From Anthoceros angustus (lineage: Eukaryota > Plantae > Anthocerotophyta), in contig MU008153.1 in NCBI GenBank assembly GCA_010909165.1, positions 930,001-994,000 of the forward strand: a stretch of DNA of 64,000 nucleotides, given 5' to 3'. The position numbers were made by a program, and so were the translations under genes. Of the stretch, positions 1 through 12,820 are shown piece by piece. The notes beneath the pieces were generated by a model. That model did not search any database. It was not told the origin of the DNA and saw nothing but the letters and a program-made list of their open reading frames with translations. Each line of letters starts with the position of its first letter. Positions within the stretch are counted from its first letter, which is position 1.

Positions 1-399
1 CCCTGCGCACCTCTGCAGGCGCTCGTGCCTGCTTTTTCTCGGAATACGTTTGCAGAGGTGTCAGGAGGTAAGGGTGGGTCGTTTCACACTGGCGTCGCGG
101 GAGGATTCGGGCGTTTATGGACCTTCGAGCTTTTCTGTTGGCGGGAGCGGGGAGCCCGGACCCGTGAGCGGACTGGCGGGTCGGCGGATTTGCGGACTCG
201 AGGTGAGGTGAGGTGAGGTGAAGTGCATTTGCGATCGGATCGTGGAAGGTCGCTGCGATGCGGTGTCTGCGTAAGCGCCGGGAGCTTTTCTTGAAGCAGA
301 TGCCGGTGGCCGAGTGGCGGTGTGCTAGTGTGCCTTGTGCGTCCGCCTTTGCAAAATAATTTGGTTTGCAACGCAAGGAAGACAAGGCGGATCGAGGAG

Positions 400-1960
400 C
401 ATGAAATTTCTTCGATTTGTGTAGGTGATGCTGTTGAAGATGGAGGTGGCTTGAGACAGGAGTGAGCTTCATCGTAGCGTGGCCTCCGGAAGTTGCATGT
501 GTGATGCGAGATCCGTGTTTCAGATTTCCAAACATTGGTCGTATAGAGCGTGGTGCTGGAGGGTGAGGGATAGACCATGTCATTGTTTGTACAGTAGTTG
601 TTGTGTAGGTCGGTTTTGCAGCGCCTATTATTGGTCGGACTGGTGTGCGGTGCAACTTCATCAGCTGCCTCGCATCACATTTAGATGAATCTCATTCGTT
701 TTAAGCGATCTCATCAGAGGTGCGGCCTGATTCCATGCAGATCTGGAGATCTTATAAGTTGCAGAGCAAAGAGAAATACATTCCCCAGCTTTTGCAGAAT
801 TGCAGGTTGCCTCTCGCATTGTTGACGGGGCGGTAAGTGACGGGGTGGAGGCAAGTCGTGCTGTGCGAATAAGCTGATGTCAGGGCATGTGACCTTTCTT
901 CAGCAGCTGAAGGACATGATTTTACTAATCAAGATCAACAGGCGGTCAAAGCTCAGAGGCATTTTTGGCGCGGAAACGGGCCTGGGACAGTGTGCGAGCA
1001 GGTGGATGCACGAATGTATTGGCAAAGTCCGATCTAGACTACCATGTTTTCGCCAGGGAACTCAACAAGCTCCTTCCACCGATCACCAGAGCTGCATTGT
1101 TCTGCGTGCTTCAGCTGTCGCTTTCGTCGCTTGCGAAATTTTGCAGACCGTGCGACTCCTCCGCGTCTCTAACTTCGAATCTTCCCCGTGGGGACTCCCC
1201 CTACGGAATGCAGATATCTTTCACATCATGGGATTATAACAAGTCTCACACATTGGGGCGTCTGCAGATCTGGCACGTGCTGGCCCAGGACTCATTGGAC
1301 GGCCAATTTGGATGCCACGCTTGCAACCGTGGTCGGGTGCAACGTTGGAACTGAAGTAACTATCCGAGCCTGCCTCGGTTGAATCATTTGAGTTATGTGT
1401 GAAGACTTGAAGACATGATGCGTAAAACCCTCATCCTTGTTGGTAGGTAACTCCAGTCGTGGTAGTGAAACATAGCACTACGTACATGTACTTGCTGTGT
1501 TACCCCTGGAATATTGCTTGCTTCCAATCTGGATCTCTTTCTGCAACACGGTCCCAGGGGACTGGGGGGTGCCTGTCAGGGATCTTGTTCTTTTACAGTC
1601 ACATTGTCGAATTGATATACCTGGAGGATGGTGGGTCGCACTTGCGGTCTGCAACGGCGGTCAAGAACTTGCAGATTCCTCTGTATGCACCAAGCGCCAC
1701 CATGCAGACGCGTGATACTGTGGAACGCTTGGACACTAGTACTGCCTCACCTGCAGTTGCAGTTTTCAGCACATTCAAGTGTCGGAACCTCAGCAGAAGT
1801 TGCAGTTTTCTCCACATGTCTGATAGAACTGTAGAAGAGGACAACGGGATTGAGTCCGAATTATATTACAATTTCCGTAGTCACCAACATGAGGCTACGA
1901 AGAGTGCGTCCACTGATACTGATAGGACAAGCAGCAAACAACTGTATTGCAACTGATGAG
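400..1960 (+). other. Possible spliced gene or pseudogene of unknown product, convergent with the SS1 3' end
   Basis: GC-rich 5'-like region at 1-330, several polypyrimidine-AG and GT sites, and short coding-like ORFs (877-1239, 965-1354, 1459-1956). No recognisable family and no gene model could be built. Confidence 0.25.
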
Positions 1961-2109
1961 GTTTGCACCTCCTACGAAAGCTTCATATTTTTGGTCATCC
2001 ACAAGAAACAAGTCAAATCCACACATCACCCAGCTTGGCCAGTTCAAAATTCGGTGCAACGCTCCTTAGGCTGCAGAAGAAATTTCCTGTGCCTCCCCTA
2101 TGAGCCGCC

Positions 2110-5100
2110 TTAGGCGTATGGAGGATCTATCATCGCCCACTCGAATACTTGTTCATACTGAACAGCTGCCCTGTCCCATGAAAAGTCTTGGGTCATGCCG
2201 CGTTTCATTATCCCTTCCCATGCTTCCTTTTCATTCCGATAGGTCCAGATTGCTAGCCAGAGAGCCTGCAGACACATTCAACCATTAGGCATCGACTAGT
2301 ACAAAGAGCTCCAATTAACACAAGGGACTGGCTGAAAGCAAAATACCCTCATCATGGCATCCTTCGTCAACGGAGAAAATGTCCATCTGAAAGAGCATCG
2401 ATCAACCAACCCACATCAGACACAGCCAACTACGTTGTGAGGGCAATCACACATCCAAATGATACAATTCACTGCTTGCATTTGCCACAAACTCTCACCC
2501 TGTGCCAGCCCCCTGACCGCTGTTGGCGACAGGGTTAAAGTCTTGTATCGTATCCTGCACAGAATGACATCAAGCATTAGCTTGGTACGAGACCTTAAGT
2601 ATGTAGTAAGTAAATAAGTAAGGAGGTGCCAGGCATAGCAGGAGTCACGAGAGCAAAAACGATTGGCAAGGTGAGGCCACCTACTCTGAGGCCACCAGTA
2701 GAGTGGGCTACAGGAACTGTGCCATATCTCATGGCATACAGCTGGTTTAGACCACAAGGCTCAAATCTTGAAGGCATCAGCAAAATGTCGCAACTGAAAA
2801 GCCATCAAGTGAATGATAAATATTCTCAATTTGACGCTCACAATTGCCACGAGAGCGAAGCTCAAAGCAGCTCATCCTCATCTGACATGAATTACCCGGC
2901 TGTGATGCGATGTGCCACAGGGACACTGAATCCTACCCACCCCCGAAACTTTTCCTTGTACTGAGATTCAGCCCAGCTCATCCAAGTCTCAACATCTCTT
3001 TCCCCGCTTCCCAGCATGACCTGTTAAACGTTGCCACCATGTCATGCCCAGTCACGACGTCAGAGCAATACTATATGCCACAAAATGACACAAAGCAATT
3101 GTTATGCTACTACATCCTAGCTAGCTAGCTATTAGTCAGCAACTGTACCATTTGGACATCATCACTCAGCAACTCTGGAAGACCTGCTTGGATAAGATCA
3201 GGACCCTTCTGGTAGTCAAGACGTCCAATGAATCCAACCTGTGAAAAAGAAGGCGTTAGTTGATTGCTTGTACAACCAGAAAGGCTTCAACATCGTGCAA
3301 CTGTGCTTTTGGTTTTCATAGTATGCTCTTAAGGAACTTGCCAGAGGGACTTCTGGACGAACTGGAAGGCCAAGTTCTTTTTGAAGAGCTGCCTTGCATT
3401 CTGCCTGCAGTTTCATAAAAAAGTACTGATGAGAATCATCCGATACAACCAGTTACTGATTTAACCTTCGATCGCAAGAGCACCAACCTTCCCAGACAAA
3501 TCTTCAACAACATACTGAGAAGCAATGTGCCTGTCAGTTGCAGGACTCCAGTCATCCACGTCAACACCATTTGTAATACCTGAGAAGCAATGTGCCTGTC
3601 AGTTGCAGGACTCCAGTCATCCACGTCAACACCATTTGTAATACGTATTCACATCTATTAGCAGTGTTCCCATCAAGTTGGATCCTTGGATGACAGATGC
3701 AATTAAGGATAGGGGATACCATTGATAACTGCATTCCGACCGCGCAGAAGAGCATCAAGGCCTTGGCCACCCTCTGCTGTGGTTATTTCCCAGGCATAAC
3801 CCTACAATCAGATGGTGCCAAACAAGCTCAGACACATCTATCTACATAACAACTCTGGCACATATACAAGTGTTGAAGGAGATATGACTTCCTACTCTAA
3901 CCCCAACAACCCCACTGGCACAATCAGGGCACCAGCAAGAACTATTCAGATCTTGATTTACCTGGCTGACTGTCAAGATGCGGTCAGCTGTCACAATAGC
4001 ACCTTTCAGGTGATTCACAGCCTCACCCTTGTCCAATGCATGTTTTCTTGCCCAGGTTGGGAAGACCCATTCCAGGGCACCATACCAATCAGGAGGTAAT
4101 CCAAGGTTTCCGTAAGTAGTCCCTGGTTCAACACCCTGCCCGAGAATGGGAGACGCCATGTCAGATATGGATGAGCCAATAGCAACCTCAGAGTGAAGAG
4201 TGTGTCTCGCAAGACAGACCAAAGCACGAACTAACCTGGTGGGCAAGGTTATGAATAGCCAGAATGGAACGAGACCCTTGATAGACGCCATGTCTCCTAT
4301 ACTTTGCCGCTACCAGGCTGCCATCCAAGATTAAAGCCAGATTTCTAAGTCAGCTACATTGGAAGGCAGTGTCGACAGAACTTTCATGCTAAGAGTCCAT
4401 CAAGAGCGAATTATCAACCAAGAAACAGTTCCTTCCAGGCATACGGTAGGTGAAGAGAAAGAGTACATACACTGGAACAAGACCAGCATGCCAGTCATTG
4501 GCAACAAATATGCACTTGTCTCCATAGGTGTAGCCCCCCAGAGGCAGGACAAGGGGAACTTCACAAGCGGCATGACACAAAAGCGTAAATCGGAACTGCG
4601 CAAAACATGAGAACAAGTCAACCACTTGCAAGGGCGACAGACACACAAAATTAATGCCCAGCCATCCGCACCAACACAGAAGAATAGTTTAGTTTGTGAC
4701 AATATACCTGATTGTCACCGAATGCACCTCGTGTATCTCCATAAGGAGTGCCAGGTCTGTGGTATGATGGATGATCCACAAACACCTGGAGGAAAGCAAG
4801 TCTCAGAGGTGGCACCCAAGGCTAACTCGGGAACCAAGCAGGAAGCAAGACAAATCCCCGATAGCAATAGGAGTGCAGATTAGTAGTTCAGCTCATTGCA
4901 TACACTTTAAGGAAGTTTACTTACCCAATCCACACCACCCCTGTACTCATGAAAGAAGGCTACTTCGTGCTCTCCACCAAAACACTTTACTTTTATTCGA
5001 CACTGACAATCAAAAGCTCCAGCATACTTGTCATCTGTCACTCCGTTCATGTAGCGAGGAGATACCACCATCACTCTGTGCCCTCTTTCCGCCAGGGCAA

Positions 5101-6019
5101 GAGGCAAAGAACCACAAACATCTCCCAACCCTCCTGTCTTTGAATAAGGAGCCACTTCTGACGAGACAAACACAATGTTGAAAGGATTCTTGGTTTTCCT
5201 ATTGCCATCTTCCAGATCACTTCGGGCAAGCTTTGTGCCTTGCAACCCATCATATTCAGTTCCTGGTTCATCTGCTGTGGGTGCTGCAAGCGGATTCTCA
5301 AGGTCAGTGACCACGTCGTATGGTGTAAAAAACCTTGCAGCATCAGCACCAAACAGATGCAAACTTGAGATGGTGTTGCAACATGTACCTCTTGGAAACG
5401 TAGCAGCCATGCCGATAACAGGAGCGGTGGCTCCATCTGCTCCTGCTGATGGGGCCAGGATATTTGCCCGGGGGCGATTCACATCCACTGCCGAATCTCT
5501 GCGCAACAGGCCAGCCTCTGCTGATTCAGCACTGGATTCAGAAATGATTCGTCGCAACTCTGCATTCTCAGCCTCTATCTTTTTTATTTCCAGTTCAATG
5601 TCATCCGGGTCGTTGGAAACAAGGACATAGTTGGCAGGATAGTCATCGTCAACAATAAGACTGTTTTGACTATCCGCCTCAGGGACAGCTGTGGATGTGG
5701 ATCCTGAGCCACTCAATCCCAAATCTGTAGTTGCAAGGGCATCAGCTGTGAAATAAATCCAATCATCTGCAGTAGCTCGCGAAGGAGAAGCAGAAGCATT
5801 GGTGTCGGTATGTCGTCTCGACCTAATTGCGAAAGAAGTGCCGAACATGCTCCGCGAGGCCCATGACAGCGATGCGGCAGGAGAGTGGACATTCACCACA
5901 CTGCATAATCCGTCAGAAACCAAACGCCTCGTCTTCTTGCTCCTCCTGCCCCCTGTGGTGTGGCTGGCCAGGACAGCAGAACTCCCGAGCTGCACTGCTG
6001 CCATGGCCACCTCCATCAT
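2110..6019 (-). CDS. SS1: Soluble starch synthase I (GT5 + GT1), plastid-targeted; 13 coding exons: 4925-6019, 4708-4785, 4471-4595, 4236-4317, 3962-4135, 3720-3801, 3488-3579, 3342-3404, 3149-3238, 2896-3020, 2685-2793, 2499-2554, 2347-2386, plus terminal exon 2110-2265 (14 segments in total)
   Basis: Motifs [26 protein letters not shown] (KTGGL), [67 protein letters not shown] and the SS1-type end [10 protein letters not shown]. Exons join in frame at GT-AG sites plus one GC-AG intron. Ser/Arg/Ala-rich transit-peptide-like N-terminus. Confidence 0.95.
3515..3644. repeat. Perfect 65-bp tandem duplication across an SS1 intron/exon boundary
   Basis: ctgagaagcaatgtgcc...ccatttgtaatac occurs identically at 3515-3579 and 3580-3644. 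Confidence 0.95.
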
Positions 6020-6253
6020 CAACGCCCAGCACCCCTGAGCGCTCCTGCTATCTGGAACTCAAACTACAGATTCTGCGCAACCCATCTGCACCAACATATG
6101 AGTCAGCAACATGAGAATACTGTAATGTAGGGCCTTCCAACACTAGAACAGTGTCCAAAAGCCTTCCAAAATGAGATCTTTGCAAGCCTTTCAGCATGAG
6201 AATACTGTGGACCTTTCGACATGACACACTGTAAGCCCCTCAGCATCCAAATA

Positions 6254-6318
6254 CAGTAAAGCCTCTTTCAGTAATTCAGCATGCCCCTTTCAGTAAAGCC
6301 TCTTTCAGTAATTCAGCA
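6254..6318. repeat. Short tandem duplication (period 37 bp) in the SS1 upstream/5' UTR-intron region
   Basis: cagtaaagcctctttcagtaattcagca at 6254 and 6291. Confidence 0.8.
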
Positions 6319-7690
6319 CGCAAATACTATCAGCCCCTCAGCAAGAAAAATACTGTAAACCTTTCAACGGGAGAATGCTGCAAGAAAAATACTGCAAGTT
6401 TTTCAGCACGCACATTGTACAAGCTATTTCTGCAACCAAACTGTACGACCAGAACAATACCAAACATCAGCTTCCAAAGATGGAGTCGGAAAAAACAAAC
6501 CTGCCGACAACCAACAAAATCACTTTGCACAACGACACATGATACGAAAGCTCAAATGACGGTGACCGAATTCCTTCATCTAGCCACTGCCCACCGAGCT
6601 TCGACAAGTTGTGAACAGGCGGAAGAAGCCATGCAAAGCCATACTAGTGGATCCAGCCCGCTAACGCCCACATGCACGCCCACAAACCCAAAGAAAAGGA
6701 GACTTGAAGAAAACGCTCAGAATTCGCCACCGCACCTCCAGCACCAGGTGCGACAGCTGGCAGGCTGTGGAGCTAAGACCAGAATTTTCTGCCAGCAGGA
6801 AAGGCTGTGACTTTGCTGCCAAACGCGGGAAATTGCAAGGAATTCGGAGACTCAAAGTGCGAATAGCGAGTCCGAACCAGCTGCTTCCTACAGCGAGCCG
6901 CATTACCTGAACAGTGGGCGATGCCCACCGGAGAAGAACCTTCCCAGAACCTTCCGAGTGGGCACAGCAGGCGGCAAGAGCGATGCCGGACGTGAAAGGA
7001 CAAGAGGAAGAAGAGAAATTGGCGGTGGTTTCAGGCCGCGGCCGCGGCGTCGCAATGCAATGGGTGATGGGCAGAAGAGCAGGTTGACGTAATGGACAGG
7101 ATCGCACGGTGCCAGAGAGGAGGGAGGAGAGGTGGCAGCGAGCCAGGGGCCGAGAAGATGTGTGGGTCCGCCCCACGTCTTTTGTGGCCGGTAGATTCGG
7201 ACTGCCGACAGCCGGTCACACCGACCAGTCACTCCGGTGGCGAAAATTCCGTTCATCATGAGAGTCGGCTAGAATATGGCTATGCATGCCGCCAAGAGGT
7301 TTCCTTTCGGAATCCAAGACTAGTATGGTAGATTGTAGTACAGCACCCTCCGGTGCAGATGTGACTGTTTCCCGAACCCACGACCGACACTTGCAGTCGA
7401 CCAATATCGAGGGACCTCAAGATGCGCTAACAGATGCAGGACTGAGAAAATTTACCGGCTTCGAGAGAGGAGGATTAATATACACCGCGCCTATCGGGGC
7501 CACCTGAAACCAACCTGTGTGGGTTTCCGTCCTACTTGCCGCGTCCAGCGCCAATGTGGCAGAGGGGGTCCTGCTCCTGTTCCATCGGTTACTCATAGGC
7601 CGGCTGCTGCAATGTCTGACATAAAACGACATTGCTGGGTCCGCGCCTTGTGAAAAATACAACGGACAGATGTTGCCCGCGGAATTGTTC

Positions 7691-10600
7691 TTAGGGGCTG
7701 CCTCTTCCTCCTGTCCCATTTTGCAAACCACTTGGCATCGAGTCGAGACGATCTACTCTCCTGCCGTCACTGCCTACATCCCTTCTCAAAGCCTCGGCTG
7801 GAGGGGGCCGGTGGAGCCTGAGCCGCAACTTTGTGCTACCACTGTTGGGTCCATCGTCCATGGAGTAGCCATTCAGACCGGCCTGATTGAGACTTAAGGA
7901 CTCAGGACGATGGTCGTAGGAATGCTCAGCGTTGCTGCCTCGTCCATTCATGCCTGGCCTTGGTAGTACCATGTCCCCTCCGCCTTCATATTCCCTGGAT
8001 GATGGGTCCTCTTCCTCATCCGCAGACAGCTCTGATCCAGCACTAAGCTCCCCTTGAGATTCATCAGCCCCCCTATCTTCAGCTTCCTTGTCATCATCGG
8101 GGTAACCCCTATCTACCCTGTAGTTCCCCTCAGCTTCTTCATCTACCTCTTCCATCTCACTATCGAACTGCTCATGGCGATCTGCACCACGACTCAACCT
8201 CGTACTTCGCCTTAAACCCCAATTCGATGCCTTTTCAGCTTCAACTTGAGATTTTGCTCTTTTGCCTCCACGTCGACGGTCTTCATACCCGCTGCTCTCA
8301 TGTCCAGAATCAACGTAATCACTATCGGCATTGGCTCCAACCTCATCCTCTGGATCAAATTCATCCTCCTCAATCCTGTATTCATAATCTCTTTCAGAAC
8401 TAGGCTCTCTCCTCTGTCTTCTCCTTTGCAAGTAGTCCTCCTTAAATACAGCTTCTCCTACAATTTCCTCATCGCTCAATGCCTCACCGTCAGCACTATC
8501 AACATATTCATTGTCTGGATATCTCTGCGTAGGACGAGGTTGCCTCCCACTGCATACACCCACAAATTTCTCCTGGTGTAAAAAGCGATGGCAAGACCTA
8601 GATATTGAGCAAAAAGATCTGCAAACTGTGACATGGATGACCTGCGTAGAGATACAGCGTATGACTGATCCATGTCAGGAACCGCAGCCTCCTCATGTCC
8701 ACCCTCATTCCCACCACTGAAGCCTCTCAGTCGTTGGAGATATTCAGGTCTACCATTTGCTCCATTAGACCTTGCATCCTGATTCCGCAAATCTCGTCTG
8801 CTAGCTGGTGGCTCTGGTGAAGGATTCTTCTTCCTGTCCATGGACCAAAAGATTAATAAGCGCCATTCGACGTAATTGTGAATCTTAACTTCCACCCTCC
8901 AATCAACTGACACAGGACCATTTTCTGGTACCGAACAGAAAACACACCAAAGAAGTCATCCTCATCATTATAGCAACTTACTTTGTAAATTTGATTGCCT
9001 CTGATATAGAACGGTCATAGTCGTCTGCGCACAAAAGGAGCCCATGAGACAAGAGCGACCAATAAAAACAAAAGCCCTTGCAAACATAATGCTGATAAAA
9101 GAAATGGCCACTACAATTCCATGAGAAGGAACAGGATATCGCTATGTGTATAACTCGTACCAAATGTGTAGGTCACTGGTTTCCTATCTCTTCGAGAGCG
9201 TCCACCAGCTAACCCATTTGCAGTCATGCAGCTCTCCAAAAGCATGGCTTGCCTTGCCTGCTTCTTAAGAGCCCTTTCCTTTTTCTGGTTCCAGAATCAT
9301 AATCAGAATTACCTCCTCCATCTCATTCAAAAAGTTCAAAACCAATTACAGGGAAGATGGTCAAGCTGGTACATTCACTTACCTTGTGAAGTTCCTCAAT
9401 GAATGGCATAACATCTGTGTTTATCTTCCTCCCCAAATTCACTTCAGCCTTGTTCCTGCTAGCGCAGAGCCTTTCCTGCCAGATCATTACATAATGATGC
9501 AATGCTTGTGCAACAACTGCGACCAAAAATTGGAAGTCACATCCGGTGCAAAGATCAGTTACCACGACATCCTGGAATTCTGTGAAGTTTGTAGCCACCG
9601 TTTCCCACTGCCCTGATCCTGGTGGGGGGACTGAACGGCCCTTCACTTGTCCCTTTGACTTGGTTTTTGGTTCTATCCGAGGCAGCTCTCTGTACAGCCT
9701 TTGTCCTAGCACCATATCCTCTTCATACCTAAGGAATTTTAAGCTTAACGAGAATTAGTTTTGAAGAAAACCCCAATGTAGCTGGACAATGCACAGTGCT
9801 GCAGTTTTGTTGGTTTTCAAATCACCACCGCAACAAAAACTAACCAGTAGGTTGTACCAAAAATGTCTCCAAGTGGTTCCTTACGAAAAACAGGATGTCG
9901 ATCCTTCATGGACGCATCAATATAGCCACGCAGGTCATCTTGCTGCATGAGAACAGGGAGATTAACTAAGAAATTGCCAGAAGACACATAGGAAACCACA
10001 ACCACCAGTAGCTGAGAAAAGGAGGACCTACATCAAGTCTTATTTCACAGAGTGCCTTCAAGATTTGAAGGCGCATTCCAGGTTCAAATCCTTTGTAGAC
10101 TTCAATCTCCTGTCTGCCATCAGGCAAGGATACATCAGTTACCAAAGGCAACTCGTAGTCAAGCACCTCCCAGAGTCTGACAACAAAGTCTCAAAGGATG
10201 TGCGCTGCATCAAAGGATGTCAAGAAAATGGATGCACATACCCATGGTTCGCAACCAGAGGGCAAGGTCCATCTCCTACCTGCAAAGAGAACAAGGACCT
10301 ATGCTTATCTTGTTCACCAAAAGCAGATAACGCTGAGCAACACAGGCACGCCTCATAAGCAAAGGCAAGAAAACCTCAGAGTCCTCATGACATGCTAAGC
10401 TTGGAGTATTGGAGAAGTCTGGAATTTCATTACCTTATGCCACCAGTCCTTCAACTTCTTGCAAAGAACAGTCACCCACGTGTCCCGAGTTAGTGCAATT
10501 CTAGCAGCTGGAGGAATTGCCTGCAGGAAGGATGGAGCAGCAGCATGACACAACGCTGATCAGCAAGCCTCTCAAGAATCTCCAAAACACCAACATCTGC

Positions 10601-11348
10601 TCCACATGCCAATGAATTGATCCTGAACATTGAGGCTTCTCAATGCTGAGGTGCTTGAAGAACGGCAAACAGGTCACTGGCAAGAGAAGCTAGGCCCAAA
10701 CGACACGTGGGGGCTAATGTCATGCTCCAGGACCAATAGATAAGGAACAAGTGCCGCGCACCTTCAGCAGAGCCAAATGAATATCGTCCAGTCTGCTGTT
10801 CGGCACCAGCAGCGCAGACTCGAGGTCCTCACCAGTAAACTCATACTCAAATCCAAGTAGAGGACGAAAACACTGCAGTCGAATCAACCATGAGCCCATC
10901 CATCAGCATAGACATGCAAGTATTAGATCACCATTCCGACACGGCAGGCAGATAACCTGCCTATTGCTCTTGACAGAAAAAAAGCAGAAAATTGGACTCC
11001 CAGAAGCTCACAGCTGAACAAGGCAGCTGCGGTGGACAGAACGGACACGGCGGGAAGGGAGGAAAGACGTACACTGAAGAAGTCTATAACAGACGCAAGC
11101 TCCCACATGTTCCGTAGCTGCCAGCGATCATTTTGACCTGGCAAGGGAGGAGTCAAAACGAGCTCAACGGGAGGCTCATATTCCGCAGGTTTCTTCTTCG
11201 TAGCCGTGCTCCTAGGGGGAGGGGCAGGTGCAGGCGGGGCTAATCTTGCTGCGGTACGCGCAGTGCAAGCCCGGGTCGGTCGCCTCCGTGGATGCTCGTC
11301 CTGCGGTGGCTCCTCATGAAAGTAGGCCATCGGACCATCATCTGCCAT
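7691..11348 (-). CDS. DDR4: DDT domain-containing protein, DDR4-like (ISWI partner, DDT + WHIM1, acidic C-terminus); about 12 exons, e.g. 11073-11348, 10762-10872, 10434-10520, 10242-10279, 10032-10113, 9845-9942, 9563-9728, 9383-9475, ~9161-9285, ~8981-9024, ~8642-8835, 7691-~8572
   Basis: Spliced translation gives RWQLRNMWELASVIDFF, FRPLL, DIHLALLKAIPPAARIALTRDTWVTVLCKKLKDWWH, LQILKALCEIRLDQDDLRGYID, GQRLYRE, WETVATNFTEFQDV, GRSRRDRKPVTYTFDDYDRSISEAIK, all matching plant DDR4 as I recall it. GT-AG junctions keep frame. Confidence 0.9.
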
Positions 11349-12127
11349 GACTCACGACTCCTGGAGAAACGACGTCCCCTCTTCCATGAACCAGCTGCAA
11401 CTACAGCTCCGTGCGATCCAGACACGCGCGTCCCGGTTTAGGTCACACGGCCTAGCACTGTGAAGACTAAAAACATCCTATACTAATCCAAATACCCTAC
11501 CCTGGACAAAGAATTGCACCCGGAGACACCATCTCAGCACGCGGAATGCACCGCAACGGCCACGCGCATTGCATCCATTCTCACCGGCCTCATCCAGCTA
11601 CAGCGATTCCCGTCGCATGCCTCTCCAAGCCTCTCTAAACCAATCCAAGACCCGGCGCATCAGCTCGATATCTGCACCAAAGAGAACCTCCTTTCTCCAC
11701 TAAAATCCACCGTGAGCTCCCTCCCGCAGCTGAGCTGGACCTTGCCAAGCTCCGGACGCTCAAGACTCCCCTGCCTGCAACAACATCCTTCCTTCTCCAA
11801 TCCGAACAACCAACTCCTGCTGCCGAATTCCGCTTCCGTCACAGCAAAGAAGCTACGGACTCAACTGCAGAGGCCGGATCTGCGGCCGGCCATCCCGCAC
11901 AAACCCTGGCCACCAGCCTTCGAGCATGCACCTGCGTCAGCCTCCAAGACACGAGCAGCCGCTCCAGCTCCCGCAGGCAGGGGCAGGAGCAGGCGCAGGG
12001 GGCGAGGCTCCGGGGATCCGACGCCGGCAACCTGGCCGATCTCCGGGGCTCGAATGCCGGGGCGGCAAGAAGGCAATTGGCGTGCGGTGAGCGGGCGTAG
12101 CTGCAGCAGCAGCGCAAAGGCACATGC

Positions 12128-12378
12128 GCGGGAAAGGCAGAAGCCGCCGGTGGCGCCACGGGACAGGCGGACAGGTCAGGCGAGTATGTATCTCACGTCA
12201 AGCCATGCCCGGACCAGGCAAAGGTGAGAGACAAAGGCAGTATAGCTTTAGAGCCCAGAGGCAGGCAGGACATGGGAATGAAGCTCCCGTAAACGGGGTT
12301 TTTGCCTGCGCTTTTAGGGTTTTGCCGCGGCTGCCACGATCTAGAGCTCCGTACGGTCGCCCCGTTAACTTTCCCGCC
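12128..12378. promoter_or_regulatory. Putative DDR4 promoter with two E2F-type sites and a telo-box
   Basis: TTTCCCGC at 12370-12377 (+) and 12128-12135 (-); AAACCCTA (-) at 12315-12322; located where GC-rich 5' sequence changes to AT-rich intergenic DNA. Confidence 0.4.
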
Positions 12379-12766
12379 GCCTACTTTAATACGAATCACT
12401 GCCCAACTTATCCGGTATCAGTATCAAACATCTCTCCCCGGTACTTAGCCTAGAAGTAGCGAGTACTTAATAAAAAATTAAAAGGGGTTCAGGCCCTCTT
12501 TTCCTAAAACGATTCGGTCCCTCTACATTTTCCCTCCTGTTTAATTAGATATTTAAAAAGAAAAATTATCCATATCTCCATTTAACCGAACGAAACACGC
12601 AACGAATTGGAAAAAGGAAGACTTATAGAAAATATCTCATTACCCCCACGGTAAGAGATCCAAACCGTCTTCCTATTGCATTTTTGTTCCACATCTTTTT
12701 ATGTTTTTATAGTCTCCACTTTTATTCGGTTTTCTTTAATGCACTTAGTGCATAATTTGACTTCAT

Positions 12767-12820
12767 CCTTTTCATCTTCATGGTTCCTTTTCATCTTCTT
12801 GGTTCCTTTTCATCTTCATG
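12767..12820. repeat. 19-bp minisatellite (~2.8 copies) within a pyrimidine-rich degenerate repeat tract extending to ~13300
   Basis: ccttttcatcttcatggtt / ccttttcatcttcttggtt / ccttttcatcttcatg. Confidence 0.7.

Noticed and set aside
965-1354. LNKLLPPITR resembles the TruA pseudouridine synthase LNxxLPxDIR motif
   Set aside because: No RTD catalytic motif or other supporting motif found; too short to call.
5334-5388. Possible small intron in SS1 exon 1 (gtacat...gcaag)
   Set aside because: 55 nt would shift the frame, and the ORF already reads through.
11514-12227. 237-aa plus-strand ORF upstream of DDR4
   Set aside because: Low-complexity antisense frame in GC-rich 5' UTR/intron sequence with no recognisable domain.
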